DNA of 62,104 nt, counting the filler, from Chiloscyllium plagiosum (taxonomy: Eukaryota): the NCBI RefSeq assembly GCF_004010195.1. It is 3 parts of one record of this genome, joined end to end, with 100 filler letters (N's around TTAATTAATTAA, not from the genome) between each part and the next. Parts side by side here need not be neighbours in the genome. Positions count along the whole stretch, not along the records: positions 16,352 to 38,147 come from NC_057714.1; positions 38,248 to 62,104 come from NC_057714.1; 1 more part is not named here. The stretch is one strand, 5' to 3'. A model generated the notes under the pieces. That model was not told the DNA's origin. It did not search any database and saw only the letters and a list, made by a program, of their open reading frames with translations. The first letter of the stretch is position 1; each line of letters begins with the position of its first letter. Shown here piece by piece: positions 36,430 through 49,919 of this stretch. The position numbers and the translations under genes are program-made.

Positions 36430-38495
36430 ATCTCCTACATTCCAAAGAAAAAAGTCTGAGCTTGTCCAACCTCTTCCTATAACTCAATCCCTTAAGTTCT
36501 GGCAACATCCTTGAAAATTTCTCCTGCACTTTTTCCAGTTTAATAACATCTTTCCTAAAACAAGGTGACCAAAACTGAACACAATACTCCAAGTGCAGTC
36601 TCACCAACATCCTGTACAACTGCAACATTATTTCCAACTTGCTTTGCTCAATGCCCTGACTAATGAAGGCTGATATATCAAAAGCCTTCTTCACTGCCCT
36701 GTCTATCTGTGATTCCACTTTCAGAGAACTGTGAACCTGAACTCCAAGGTCTCTCAGTTCCACTGCACTCCTTGAAGGTCCTACCATTCACCATGAAATT
36801 CCCACCTGGATTTGACTTTCCAAAATGCAACACCTCACAGTCATCTATATTAAACTCCATTTGCCATTTCTCAGCCCATTCCCAGCTGATCAATATTCTG
36901 CTGCAATTTCCTCATTGTCCACGATACTTCCTATTTTAGTGTTATCTGCAAACTTACTGCCAGGAGCATCCAAAATAAGGTGGGTGAATTTTCAGCATGG
37001 GTTGGTACCTGGGACTCTGATGTAGCCATTTCGGACTCATGGATAGAGCAGGGTCAGGAATGGTTGTTGCAGGTTCCACGATTTAGATGTTTCAATAGGA
37101 ACAGGGAAGTTGGCAAAAGAGGGGGAGGTGTGGCATTGTTAGTCAAGGACAATACTATTGTGGCAGAAAGGATGCTTGAAGACATATCTACTGAGGTAGT
37201 ATGGGTTAAGGTTAGAAACAGGAAAGGAGAGGTCACCCTGTTGGGAATTTTCAGGGATGTAGAGGAAAGGATAGCAAAGATGATTCTGGATCAGAGCAAT
37301 AGTAACAGGGTAGTTGTTATGGGAAAGTTGTAACTTTCCAAATATCAACTGGAAATACGATGGGTCAGCTTTTGTCCAATGTGTGCAGGAGGATTTCCTG
37401 ACACAGTATGTAGACAGGCCAACAAGAGGAAAAGCCACATTGGATTTGGTACAGAGTAATGAACCAGTCCAGTTGTTAGATTTGGAGGTAGGTGAGCACT
37501 TTGGTGATAATGACCACAATTCGGTTATGTTTACTTCAGCAACAGAAAGGGATAGGTATATACCGCAGGGCAAGACTTATAGCTGGGGGAAAGGCAATTA
37601 TGATGCAATTAGGCAAGATTTAGGATGCTTAGGATGGGGAAGGAAACTGCAGAGGATGGGCACGATTGAAATGTGGAGTTTATTCAAGAAACAGCTACTA
37701 TGTGTCCTTGATAAGTATGAACCTGTCAGGCAGGGAGGAAGTGGTCGAGCAAGGGAGCCGTGGTTTACTAAAGAAGTTGAATCTCATGTCAAAGGAAGAA
37801 GAAGGCTGATGTAAGGATGAGATATGAAGGCTCAGATAACGTGCTTGGGAGTTACAAGTTAGCCAGGAAGGACCTAAAGAGAGAGCTAAGGTGTTGCATT
37901 TTGGGAAAGCAAATCTTAGCAGGACTTATACACTTAATGGTAAGGTCCTAGGGAGTGTTGCTGAACAAAGAGACCTTGGAGTGCAGGTTCAGAGTTCCTT
38001 GAAAGTGGAGTTGCAGGTAGATAGGATAGTGAAGAAGGCGTTTGGTATGCTTTCCTTTGTTGGTCAGAGTATTGAGTACAGGAGTTGGGAGATCATATTG
38101 GGGCTGTACAGGACATTGGTTAGGCCACTGTTGTAATATTGCGTGCANNNNNNNNNNNNNNNNNNNNNNNNNNNNNNNNNNNNNNNNNNNNTTAATTAAT
38201 TAANNNNNNNNNNNNNNNNNNNNNNNNNNNNNNNNNNNNNNNNNNNNTGAGGGGAGATAGGTATAAGACAGATGTCAGAGGTAGTTTCTTTACTCAGAGA
38301 GTAGTCAGGGTATGGAATGCTTTGCCTGCAACGGTAATAGATTTGCCAAGTTTAAGTGCATTTAAGTCGTCATTGGACAGGCATATGGACGTACATGGAA
38401 TAGTGTAGGTGGGATGGGCTTCAGATTAGTGTGACAGGGCAGTGCAACATCGAGGGCCGAAGGGCCTGTACTGCGCTGTAATGTTCTATGTTCCT
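36430..38495. mobile_element. Cluster of CR1 pieces: minus RT end (36430-36960), plus APE endonuclease (36985-37890), plus RT/3' end (37891-38495, spans gap)
   Basis: ORFs RGGGVALLVKD, NFPNINW..PTRGKATLDLV..DNDHN, LHFGKANL..DLGVQV, RLHLEYCVQFWSP. Confidence 0.85.
38148..38247. other. Assembly gap with artificial linker (44 N + TTAATTAATTAA + 44 N)
   Basis: Identical to 16252-16351. Confidence 0.95.
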
Positions 38496-38497
38496 AG

Positions 38498-39060
38498 TTC
38501 TATACTCATGTATAGGTCGATCTCATCTTTATGTCATATTTTTGTCCAAAAAATCTTGTATTTTCCATGTATCTTGTGTATAAGTCGACCTTAGTGCTTC
38601 ACAGATAACATATCGACATTTATGAGTCAGTGCATTAGCCCATTGCGCTCCACTCAGGCTTTCCAGTCTGATGGCCGTACCATCCATTCTGGGTCTTCCA
38701 GTCCGCCAGGTGTCACACACCACTCCAGATTTTCAGAATTACTGTATTACAGTATGTGTAGACCTACATGCACTTTACAGTACTTGGGAGCTGGAATACG
38801 GTACAACAGTGCCATTCTACCATAGCAGGCAGAATGGAGACAGGTATTTTGCTGATAAATATTCAATAGTCACCATAATTATTTTCCCTTTTGTTATTTA
38901 TTATTTTATAGAGAGATTTGGCTTTTGTTTGTCCATTTTTTGATTCATACCAAGCATGAATTTCATCCCCTTGAAAAGAATACCTCATGTATTAGTTGAC
39001 CCCTTAATTTCAGCTTTAAAAATTCTTCAAAATGTGACCAATTCACAAGTATCTACGGTC
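38498..39060. mobile_element. Possible pogo/Tigger-like non-autonomous DNA transposon remnant
   Basis: Repeated TIR-like motif (tatactcatgtataggtcga 38501; atcttgtgtataagtcgacc 38571; ctcatgtattagttgaccc 38985) and right end caagtatctacggt. Confidence 0.4.
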
Positions 39061-41681
39061 TCTACCTCCATTTTGATAATAATATGCTATTCCAATAAGA
39101 CACTTATTAAAATTACATCAACTTAATTTCAAATCCACATGGCTGCTGTCACCATCAGTTTCTGTTTCTTCTGGCTGAAGATCTCCCAGGGTTGTCGTCT
39201 TTCTCTTTACTGCAAATATGTTTCATATGAATAGATACCTTTGATAGAGAGTGTTTCCTCATGTATTGGGTCACTCTTGATGACAGTTGCTTTCTCTTCA
39301 ACTTTCAAAATTCCTGTCTTTTTATATTCCCATCATTAGATTGTCTCATTGATTCGATGTTGGAAAAACAATAAATTCAAACTCAGTTGGGTTTTAGTAT
39401 CGGGCATAATTTAAACTGATTGGTTAAATTCAAATTGTTGTCAAAACAGCAACCAACTCAGATATCCATTTCACAGCTAAACGTTATATAATTTCAATTT
39501 TCCAGTACACTGTGAGACTGCCATCTACTCATATACACAGGTGCTTGTAATCTCTGTTCAAAACAACATTCACTCTCTCTTAAAGGTACCGTACATGCCT
39601 TCAACTTCATAACAACCTTAACCGCACAATTCGTATTACCCCTCTATATTATATTGTAAAATAAAATACCCAAGGTAGTTAAACATGATGGAATGAAGTG
39701 TCACTGTCTATTTGGGAAGTGAGAGGACTGGCAAATGATAGGCAGATGAGTTGGTTGGGGAACCTGATGTCTTCCTGTTGCCATACTATTTTGCCAGCAG
39801 TACGAACATGGCAGCTCAGGCACTATTCCTGTAGACAATGATGATTTGAAGATCAATGCCAAAGGCTCGGCAATCTCTTCCCTTGCTTCCCAGAGGATCC
39901 AAGGATAGATCCCATCCAGCCCAGAGGACTTGTCTATTTTCACACACTTAGTATATATGCTAATTAGCAGTTAAGAGACAGGGGCTTAGAGTTGTGGATG
40001 CTTGTTATTTAATGTTCACTTTTAAAATTAAAAAAATTGATATTATTTTCTTTAAATCCTGGAATTTGGAGTTCTCTTGTCACTCATATTTTAAGAGATT
40101 ATGCGATGAGCTTTTCTGGGTGTTTGATTAAAAAAACAGAGTGGTTCACTGCAGTGTCATAACAAGGTTTCTGATAAGGAATTTCATGGAGGATTTAAAA
40201 GTTCCTTGCAAAACAACTGTGTTTTGAAATACAATGACTTAAATTAACACATCCAGGAATCTCTTATTTGTACGATAACCATCACATGATTTTGTTCAAG
40301 CGTAAATACAATTTGAAAATTTGCCAGTTACACCATTTGTGGATATAGAAGAAGAGGATTACAACAAAACACAGGAAGATATTAATAATCTTGCCGCATG
40401 TGCATGTAATCAGTAAATAAACTTCAACCCAGATTTTTAAGAAGTTTTTTTGGTGGAAAGAAGAATACACTTGCATATTCCTTGCAGAAGACATGTTGAG
40501 AAACAAAAGGATCTCGAAGTTCAGGTACACAAATCATTAAAATTAATGACATACACTGATAACGGGTTTTAAAAAAAGCATAGAATTGAAAAGAAAAATT
40601 ACATAAATTTGTCCAAAATTTAAGTTAATCATATTTAAAGTGATGTAAATATTTTTGGTCTCCATATTACCAGAAGCGTATAGAAGCCTATGTGGTGGTA
40701 GTGGTAGATGCAAGAGTACAAATACAATTTATTGAGTATAACTGCAGTGAAGCCATGCTCTTTATTTGAATAAGATGCTTTCAGACAATATTGATTATGA
40801 CAGTAGTATCACACTGCAATCTCTTCTTGTGACAATAATATGTTAATAAAGTAGTTCATCTTATTAGGCACAGTCGTTGTAGACATGAGTATATCAAAAG
40901 ACAAGAAAAACATGTTATATTCAATGCAGGACACAGTTTGTTACACATTAATCTGATACACCATATAAAAGCAATTGCAAAAATATATTCAATTTCAGAT
41001 GCTTCTGCGACTGCACAGATTGCATCCTAATGGCCCATAGGGCAGTTAAGAGTCAACTACATTGCTGTGGGTATGGAGTTACATGTAGATAAAACCAGGT
41101 AAGGATGGCAGTTTCCTTCCCTAAAGAACATCAGTGAAGCAAATGGGTTTTTCCTAACATCAACATTGGTTTCATGACTTTACTATCTGCCGTGGCAGGA
41201 TTCAAACCCACATGTCTGGATCATTACCTGGGGTCTCTGGATTAATAGTCCAGCAATGCTACTACTAAGCCATCACTTCATCGTGTAAGCCAATGGCATT
41301 GCAAGCCCAACTGGTAAATTTAAATTATATTCATAATACGTTCCAGGTCTTTTAACCAATGTTATCCCGCACCCTTTCTCATGCAGTATAAATTGTTAAT
41401 CGCTTTTGTATTTGGTAATCTTGAGCTTCTGTCCTAACGAGTTCAAGACCAAAAGCTTCAACAGCGTTTACTATTCAAGTTCCCAAGAGGATCAACAGTA
41501 AAGAAAGATGTAGCCTTTAAAATGTACCTTTTCACAGCCTCAGGGTTTCTACACTTGGACTTTTGCAAAGTGCAACTGGTATCCGATGACTGAATACAAC
41601 CATAACAACAATTTATATTTACATAATATCTTCAACACAGTAAAACACCCCAGGGTATTTTACAAAACCATAATAAAATAT

Positions 41682-41904
41682 CACAACACCAGGTTATAGT
41701 CCAACAGGTTTATTTGAAAGCACTAGCTTCCGAGGCACTGCCTCTTCATCAGGTGATTGTGATATTTTATCAGGAAGCACGACCACCTGATAAAGAGGCA
41801 ATGTCTCGAAAGCTAGTGCTTCCAAATAAACCTGTTAGACTATAAACTGGTGTTGTGTGATTTTTAACTTAGTCCACCCCAGTCCAACACTGGCACTTCA
41901 AAAT
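41682..41904. mobile_element. Fold-back PLE derivative with hammerhead cores on both strands
   Basis: ~75-bp inverted arms. cacCTGAT(G/A)A-a-gaggc..g(c/t)ctc-G(A/G)AAGCTAgtg on each strand. TSD cat(a/g)ataaaatat at 41669-41681 and 41905-41917. Confidence 0.85.
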
Positions 41905-42400
41905 CATGATAAAATATGGCACAGATCCACAAAAGACATTATGTTAGATGACCAAATGAGCTAGGTTTGAAGGAGTAAAGGAGGAAAATACAGAAGAGAG
42001 TTGGAAAAGGGCTTCAAAGGAATTTCTAAGCTTTGAGCCTAGGCAGTTAAAAGTATAGTTACCAATGGTAGACAGATTAATGTCAGGAACATTCAAGATG
42101 CCACAACTAGATGAACACAAATATCTTGTAGGTTTGTCATTCTGGAGAAAATTATAGTGCTTTTGGAAGCATTATAGAGGGTATTGAATGTAAGGATGAG
42201 AATTTAGAAACTAAGGAGTTGCTTGACCAGTATCCAATCTACATCAGGGAACACAAGGGTCAAAGGGGGAAAAGATTTCCTGTGAATTAAAACAAAAGGA
42301 GCAGAGGAATTTAGATTATCTCAAGTTAACAGACAGTTGAATGTTGGATATCAACCAGATGTGCAAAAGAGTTAATTCTAGAGGTAACAGAGCCATAAAT

Positions 42401-42735
42401 TGGGGTGGCATGGTGGCTCAGTCGTTAGCACTGCTGCCTCAAAGTGCCAGGGACTTAGTTCGATTCTGGCTTCGGGCAACTGTCTGTGAGGACTTTGCTC
42501 ATTCTATCCATGTCTGCTTGGGTTTCTTCCAGGTGCTCCAGTTTCCTCCAAAAGCCTAAAAATGTGCAGGCTGGGTGAACTGGCCATGCCTAAGTGCCTA
42601 TAGTGTTCAGGGATGTCTAGGACAGGTGCATTAGTCAGGAGAAATGTAGGGTAGTAGAATAGGGACAGTGGGATACTGTTCAGAGGGTCGGTGTGGACTT
42701 GTTAGACCAATTTTCCACACTGTGGCGACTCTATG
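42401..42735 (+). mobile_element. HE1-type V-SINE (older); the paralog at ~44071-44330 lost its 5' end by deletion
   Basis: ggcatggtggctcagtcgttagcactgctgcctc head and V-domain. Confidence 0.8.
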
Positions 42736-43124
42736 ATAAAATGTGGGTTTCAGTGGTAGATGCAAAGTTGGACAATGTTATGGACATGGAAAATGGCAGT
42801 CTAGTTGAGGGCTTGAATATATGACTCAAATCCTTTTTCGGGTTTGAAGGTGATGGCAAGTTTGCAAACAAATTGGTTTAGAGTCAAGACTGGTATTAAG
42901 AGATAGAGTCAATTCTGAGAGAACGGAGTTGGAAGGATAACTGAAAACAATCATTGTAATTTTCCAAATAGTCAATTACAGGTAATTTCTACTCATCCAG
43001 TGCTGGATGTCACAACCAGCTTGATAACAACAGTGGTGGAGACTCAGTTTGTCATAATTCATACTTGCTTTACTATGAACAACCTTTTGATTTGAGGCCC
43101 AGCACCGATCCTTGTGGCACTCCA

Positions 43125-44692
43125 CTGTCCTAATGAATTCAAGACAAAAAGCGTCAACAGCATTTACTATTCAAGTTCTGTACTCCCAAGAGGCTCCCTC
43201 CTCTGGATCATCAGTAAAGAAAGATGTAGCCTTTAAAATGTACCTTTTCACAGCCACAGGGTTTCTACACATGGACTTGCAAAGTGCAACTGGTATCCGA
43301 TGGCAGAATACAACCATAACAATAATTAACATTTACATAATACATATAACACAATAAAACACCCCAGGGTATTTTACAAAGGCATAAGAAAATATCACAA
43401 CACCAGGTTATAGTCCAACAGGTATATTTGGAAGCACTAGCTTTTGAGGCACGGCCTCTTCATCAGGTGGTTGTGATATTATTTCAGGAGGCACGACCAC
43501 CTGATAAAGAGGCAGTGCCTCGAAAGCTAGTGCTTCCAAATAAACCTGTTAGACTATAAGCTGGTGTTGTGTGATTTTTAACTTAGTCCACCCCAGTCCA
43601 ACACTGGCACCTCAAAATCATGATAAAATATGGCACAGATCCACAAAAGACATTATGTTAAATGACCAAATGAGCTAGGTTTAAAGAAGTAAAGGAGGAA
43701 AGTACAGAATGGAGGTGGAAGAAGGCTTCAAAGGAATTTCTAAGCTATGAGCCTAGGCAGTTAAAGGCATTGTTACCAGTGGTAGACAGATTAATGTCAG
43801 GAACACTCAAGATAGCACAAGGAGATGAACACAGATATCTTGTAGGTTTGTCATTCCAGAGAAAATTATATTGCTTTTAGGAGCATTATAGAGGGATTTG
43901 AATACAAGGATGAGAATTTAGAAACTAAGGTGTTGCTTGACCAGTATCCAATCTACATCAGGGAACACAAGGGTGAAAGGGGAACAAGATTTACCATGAA
44001 TAAAGACACAAGGAGCAGAGGTTTAGATTATCTCAAGTTAACAGACGGTTGAAGGTTGGATAACAACCAGATGTCTGTATGGACTTTGCATATTCTCCCC
44101 GTGTCTGCGTGGGTTTCCTCCAGGTGCTCCAGTTTCCTCCCACAGCCCAAAGATGTGCAGGCTGGGTGAACTAGCCATGCTAAATTGCCTATAGTGTGTA
44201 GGGATGTCTAGGGCAGGTGCATTAGCCAGGAGAAATGTAGGGTAGGAGAATGGGTGAGTGGGATCCTGTTCGGAGGGTTGGTATGGACTTGTTAGGCCAA
44301 ATGTCCTATTCCACACTGTGAGGACTCTATGATAAAATGTGGGTTTTAGTGGTAGATGCAAAGTTGGACAATGTTATGGACATGGAAAATGGCAGCCTTG
44401 TTGAGGGCTTGAATATATGATCTCAATCTCTTTGTTGGTTTGAATGTGATGGCAAGTTTACAAACAAATTGGTTTAGAGTCAAGACTGGTACTAAGAGAT
44501 AGAGTCAATTCTGAGAGAACGGAGTTGGAAGGATGACTGAAAACAATCATTGTAATTTTCCAAATAGTCAATTACAGGTAATTTCTACTCACCCAGTGCT
44601 GGATGTCACAACCAGCTTGATAACAACAGTGGTGGAGACTCAGTTTGTCATAATTCATACTTGCTTTACTATGAACAACCTTTTGATTTGAG
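43125..44692 (+). repeat. Tandem duplication copy B
   Basis: Colinear with 41429-43096, with a ~120-nt deletion removing the SINE head. Confidence 0.93.
43396..43618. mobile_element. Duplicate fold-back PLE derivative with hammerhead cores
   Basis: (+) 43498-43532 cacCTGATAAagaggcagtgcctcGAAAGCTAgtg. (-) CTGATGA at 43466-43460. Confidence 0.85.
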
Positions 44693-44729
44693 AGCATTAT
44701 ATATAATGTTCACTATAGCAATATTTATA

Positions 44730-44735
44730 TTTATT
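44730..44735 (-). promoter_or_regulatory. Candidate polyadenylation signal (AATAAA) of the PTCHD3-like gene
   Basis: First minus-strand AATAAA I noticed downstream of the stop (~350 nt). AT-rich context makes chance occurrence possible. Confidence 0.4.
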
Positions 44736-45084
44736 TCTAAGTCCTGGAAGAGAAACATTTGACTAAGGAACCAAGGTGAACGGCTAATTGAAAGAATTGA
44801 CATAGAGGAAATGTTGAGATGAAAGCATTGAAAATATTATCAATCAAGAAATATTCTTTTAAGTATTAACGAATTATTGCTTTTCAGGTCTGTAAGAGGA
44901 AACTAATCCTGTGGAAATTGAAGAGCTCCATTGTCCTTAGGAAACACCAAAGTGTAATAGGGGATGTTATTGCTCTTGATTTCAAATTGATGGGAATGGA
45001 AGAAAAATGCTTATGTTGGATGGTGCATGGCAAGTTAATAAAGTTGCTACAGATCTCTTTGGTCTCATATAACAGCAACTGTTA

Positions 45085-46721
45085 TTATTTTTCCGTCAGT
45101 TCACAGGAAGCATCTCCATTTACTTTGCTATGATGAACATGCCGGTAGCTGTGGGCATTACTACTTTGTCCATTTGAGGCACCATTATGCTGTTTGCCAC
45201 AAGCTTGTAAAAATGTCAAAAACACTGGCATAAATACAATACCATGAACAGCACCAAAAAATATAACAAGAAACATGATCTTAAAAAATGTTCTAAATAT
45301 GTAACTACCTGCAATAGACAACACTGCAACACCCAGAATAGTTGAAAGAGCCCCCTGTAGAATGGGATAGCCAAGGGTGTATAGCACATCAATGGCTCGC
45401 TCATTGGCATTTGTTTTATCATTTGAAACAAATGCATATGTAATATGAGCTGTAAAATCCACAGAAAATCCAATACAAACGACCAGATTAATCATAGATA
45501 TGGAATCCAAGTTGACACCCCAGAAAGCCATAAAGCCAGCCACACCCACTAAAACAGATGCAATAGCAAATGTTACCCATAAAGAACAAACTGGATTAGG
45601 TACTAATAGTAAAGAAATGACCAACATAGCAATAGCTGCTATAATTACATTCTGGACTGTATTGGTCACTATCACAAGAAATTGATCAAAATAGATGAAT
45701 GCTGGATGATACACAAGTAAAGGGATTCTACACTCATTTGTCAAGTTTCTTAATTCAATCAACATGTTTTTTTGATCAAACGGATCACTGGCATTCACAA
45801 TTTGAATGAAAAATCGTGAAGCTGTAATACTCATATTATCTTCTGACAGCTCAATATCTTGTTGAAATGAAGAGACAAACTTAAACAATTTAGGTAAATT
45901 TCCAATGAATGTAGTCTTCTCCCTTATACCTATTGACATCTTTTTAGAATAGTCAATGTACACACGAAGCCAGGACTCGGACAGCTCAGGATCTACATAC
46001 GAGTTGTTTTCCAATCTGTCCATGCAGGTTTCAATTTCTTCTTGAACACTGGAATCCCAATATTTCACAGAGTCAGTAACAGTAACCATGACTCGTGGTC
46101 CATATTTTGAGAAAAAATTACTTTCGTCATCATAGAACTTAATCAAATATGAATCATCAAAAGCCAGATTTCTGAGATCAATTCCTTCTTTGATGTGTAA
46201 ACAGCCATAAATACTGCCAGTTAAATATCCAACATACAGGAGCACCACAATTGCCTTGGTCCATTGATTTGTAAGGAATGGTCCATAGTATTTCTTAAAG
46301 AAAAAATAAACTTTGAGTTCTGATTCTGTACCCAAGTCCTGATCGTATGTCCCACCTACACAACATAATCCATGGAATTTGGATTCTCCTGGTTTATGAT
46401 CTTCTTCAACCTTTCTGAATGTCAACCAATGCTTATTACTGGCTTCTCTTCTCCCGTTCAATGCAAGGACAGCTCCAAAAAATGTAACGTTGTAAATGAA
46501 GCACAATAGAACAGTTGTGCCTGTGTAAACACAGAATGACTGCACAGATCGAAAAGGTGTCATAATGCCAATATAAAAGGCCAAAACATCAGTTAGAGTG
46601 GTGATTGTAATAGAAACAGCTGCTTCAGCATAAGTCTCTGCCAGACGATCTTCAATTCTACTATGCACTTGTGTCTTTTGCCAACTGGCGAGCATAATAA
46701 ACATATCATCCACGCCAATAC
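45085..46721 (-). CDS. PTCHD3: Patched domain-containing protein 3-like, last coding exon (SSD TM4-6, second luminal loop, TM8-12)
   Basis: Acceptor ctgcag|GT ATT GGC GTG GAT GAT completes GIGVDD. Motifs ITITTLTDVLAFYIG, LDSISMINLVVCIGFSVDFTAH, FRTFFKIMFLVIFFGAVHG. Open to the stop at 45085. Confidence 0.93.
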
Positions 46722-47819
46722 CTGCAGATTCAAGTGTAATGTAAAATAAGTCTGTCAATTTGTTCAGCTTTTACATTTTCAAATTCCCGTCTAAATCATT
46801 TACTATCTATACTTGGAAATATGTTGCCATTTATTCTGTGTTACTAGATCAAAATTCTGAAATTCCCTTCCTATTGTCATTTTGGTCTACCTAAACCAAT
46901 GGGATTGCAACAACAATTCATCACCACCTACTCAAGGGCAACTAAGAAGTGCAATAAATGCAGAATCAGTCAAAGACACCCACAGCTGATGAGCGAATAA
47001 AAAAATTTTTCTTTTTGCGTTCATGATGTATACTTGAATGTGGAACACTTTGTGAAACAGTTACATTGAGCACTAGTACTGAGTGTTGGTGCATGGTTTG
47101 CTAATTAGAAGGGAACAGTGATAAAAGAGGAAGACTGAACCAACTTATACATAATTAAAGATTGCAACATCTCTTGTTCTTTAGAAGTGCTACATCACAC
47201 CTTTGCTTATTACTAATACCAGTGAACAGATAATCCATTCACAAAATGTCCATGTATACCCCAGCATTATTCCATTAGGAATAAAATATATTGAAGGTAT
47301 TTATTACACTGTACTGAATATGAAAACTTGCCTCCATATTTTTAAAGCATGTAGAAATGGATCCATAATTTTAGAATTATTTTGAAGAGATTTTATCCTG
47401 TTGTAGTCTTGTGACAGAAATGCATCTATCTTCTTGCCTTTCACAAGGTCTGGAGGAAAAGCCAGGAATGGGGATCTTTCCAGCTGCTCAAACTAGATTC
47501 ATGATAATTATGCATCTGTCCTTTCTAATAGTCCAACAGGAGAACTGTGCTCTTTAAGTACAGCAGTTTAATACCTAACGTTATATACCACTACGCCTGA
47601 TGGCTAAACAGAAATCATCGTTAATAAAGAGCATGGTTAATGTGACTGGTGACTTCACCTGAGACAAAGACTAAGTGAGTGAAACTGGGAATTTGGTGCA
47701 AAGTGAGAATTCACTTCAAAGGAGAACAGGGATGTTTTAAGGTTTATTCCAAGAAGTAAGCTATCCAGAGTGAGAAATAAATAGGAGAGGATAAAAGACA
47801 CAACTCAAGAGGCCCACTT

Positions 47820-47943
47820 TTGAAGGGCTTTTGCCCGAAACATTGATTTCCTGCTCCTCGGATGTCGCCTGACCTGCTGTGCTTTTCCAGCACCACTCTG
47901 ATCTAAACTCTGGTTTCCAGCATCTACAGTACTCACTTTTGCC
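47820..47943 (+). mobile_element. PLE hammerhead-tail module in PTCHD3 intron 3 (antisense to the gene; core 5' end lost)
   Basis: tgaagggcttttgcccgaaacattg..cctgacctgctgtgcttttccagcaccac..ccagcatctacagt. Confidence 0.75.
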
Positions 47944-48842
47944 TACTTACTGTGAGTCCAGTGGTGGTAATGTGATATGAGTGCAGGGAAATGCAGATAT
48001 TGTGGCACATCAGGTTACTGAACACTTGAGCCAGGAGGCAGTTACATCCCTACACTATGCAATATAAATTTGCATTGAAGATATGACTGAAAATTAGGCA
48101 GGTATGGGGACTTGGGGGATTGCATTCATGGAGCCTTGGTCCACAGAACTGTCCACCAATTACGAGATTCTTGCAAGCTGTGCTGACAATTGTAGAGATT
48201 GCAGTAAGCAAGAGAAAACTGACCGTAACACCATTTCACAGGAAGTCATTTCAATGGGGGTGATGAAATAGAAATATAGTAATCATTGGGGACATGATAA
48301 TTAGGATAGATTCAGTTCTTTGCACCTGAGAGATACGTGAAAGCTGTATTGTCTGTGCAGTGCCAGAGTTAAGGAAATCTCTTTAGGGCTGGAGAGGAAT
48401 GCGAGTTATCATTGATACTAATGACACTGATAGGACTACATAATTGATGTTTTAGAGTTGATGGTTTTGTTGCTTTGGGTTGGATATTAGAAAGAGAGAA
48501 ACATTTGTGAATAAGCCTGGGATTTATGTAGTATGAATAAGTTATAACAGCTATGCTAGTTGACATAAATACTGTGTGCTAAAGATTAATTAAAGATAAC
48601 CTAAAGGTTATTATTTGCCAAGTTCATCTGTAAGTGGAGATTATATGCATGCTAAGTTATAGCCAAGTACTGATGTTGCTGCCATGTATCTTTTGTATAA
48701 TGGGTTTTAGTCACAAGCAATGAACAGAATGCTGTCAGATTGCAATGTACAGTACTACCAATTTATTATTACCAAAAATATCTTTGGAACCTACCAGAAC
48801 AAAATTTACGGAGAAGCCTACCTAACAAACAATGATAATTCA

Positions 48843-49070
<228 letters not shown>

Positions 49071-49117
49071 TTATGGAAACAAACATATGCACCAAGTTCC
49101 ATACAAATTAACTTTAC

Positions 49118-49239
49118 CTCATACAAGACAAGATGGAAAAGGATATTGATAGCAAATATGTTACAGAAAAAAGAGGAATGATTCTTTTGGAAGTTTTCTC
49201 AAATTCTTCTTGCCTTGAGACGGAAGTAAAATGTGAAAC
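49118..49239 (-). CDS. PTCHD3: PTCHD3-like coding exon 2 (122 nt)
   Basis: ttccag|GTT TCA CAT .. ATG AG|gtaaag. Encodes VSHFTSVSRQEEFE..IPLFSVTYLLSISFSILSCMR. Followed by a 106-nt intron. Confidence 0.92.
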
Positions 49240-49919
49240 CTGGAAGTAGTTAAAATAGATGTTATTTACACACGATGAACAAGTAACAACATCCTTATGA
49301 ATGTACAACAACAATTGAAAAGATTCCTTTGTCCATTCATACAATCTTCCAACACAAAAAGGAAGCCATTCAGTGTATTCAATGACTTGAATCCAACATT
49401 ATGTTTGGTACATTGTATATGATGGGCATTTATATATTCTATCTGTGATACTGGAATGTTTACAAGTGAGTCCTAAAGTTGTCGAGGATCAGAGTCAATG
49501 CATGGATGGATCTTACTGCTGTAGTTGTGCCTGGAATTGGGCAGTCAGAAAGGGCATGGAAAAACCAAATGACAAAAGAACTGAGCATTTGGCACAAAAG
49601 AGAGCCTATTGGAGGACAAAACGCCAATTAACTTCAAACACTATTCATATTTACTGGTAAAATGAGTGCTGCTCATAAATCTGGCTCTACAGCCTAACAG
49701 ACCATATTCAGTTCCCAAGTGATGTACAGTCCATTATCTCCTGACATCTGTAGTATTATGGCATGTTAGTAATTAATAATTATTAATTCATAATTTTCAA
49801 CAATTTTGGAAACCATTTTTAACAAATTTATATATTTTGCATAGAATTTGCAGCACAGAAATGGGAGTTGTCCCAGATAGCATGGGTTAGTGTTCAAGCT
49901 CCACATTGCTACTTATAGA

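Larger units (their letters stand above)
41429..43096 (+). repeat. Tandem duplication copy A (L2 3' fragment on minus + PLE palindrome + HE1 SINE)
   Basis: Colinear with 43125-44692 from ctgtcctaa to aaccttttgatttgag. Confidence 0.93.

Noticed and set aside
46722..46758. N-terminal MTDLFYITLESA of the 557-aa ORF as a single-exon gene start
   Set aside because: It is intronic read-through. A phase-compatible acceptor at 46722 joins exon 3. The extensions of ORFs 48840, 49114 and 53735 are likewise intronic.
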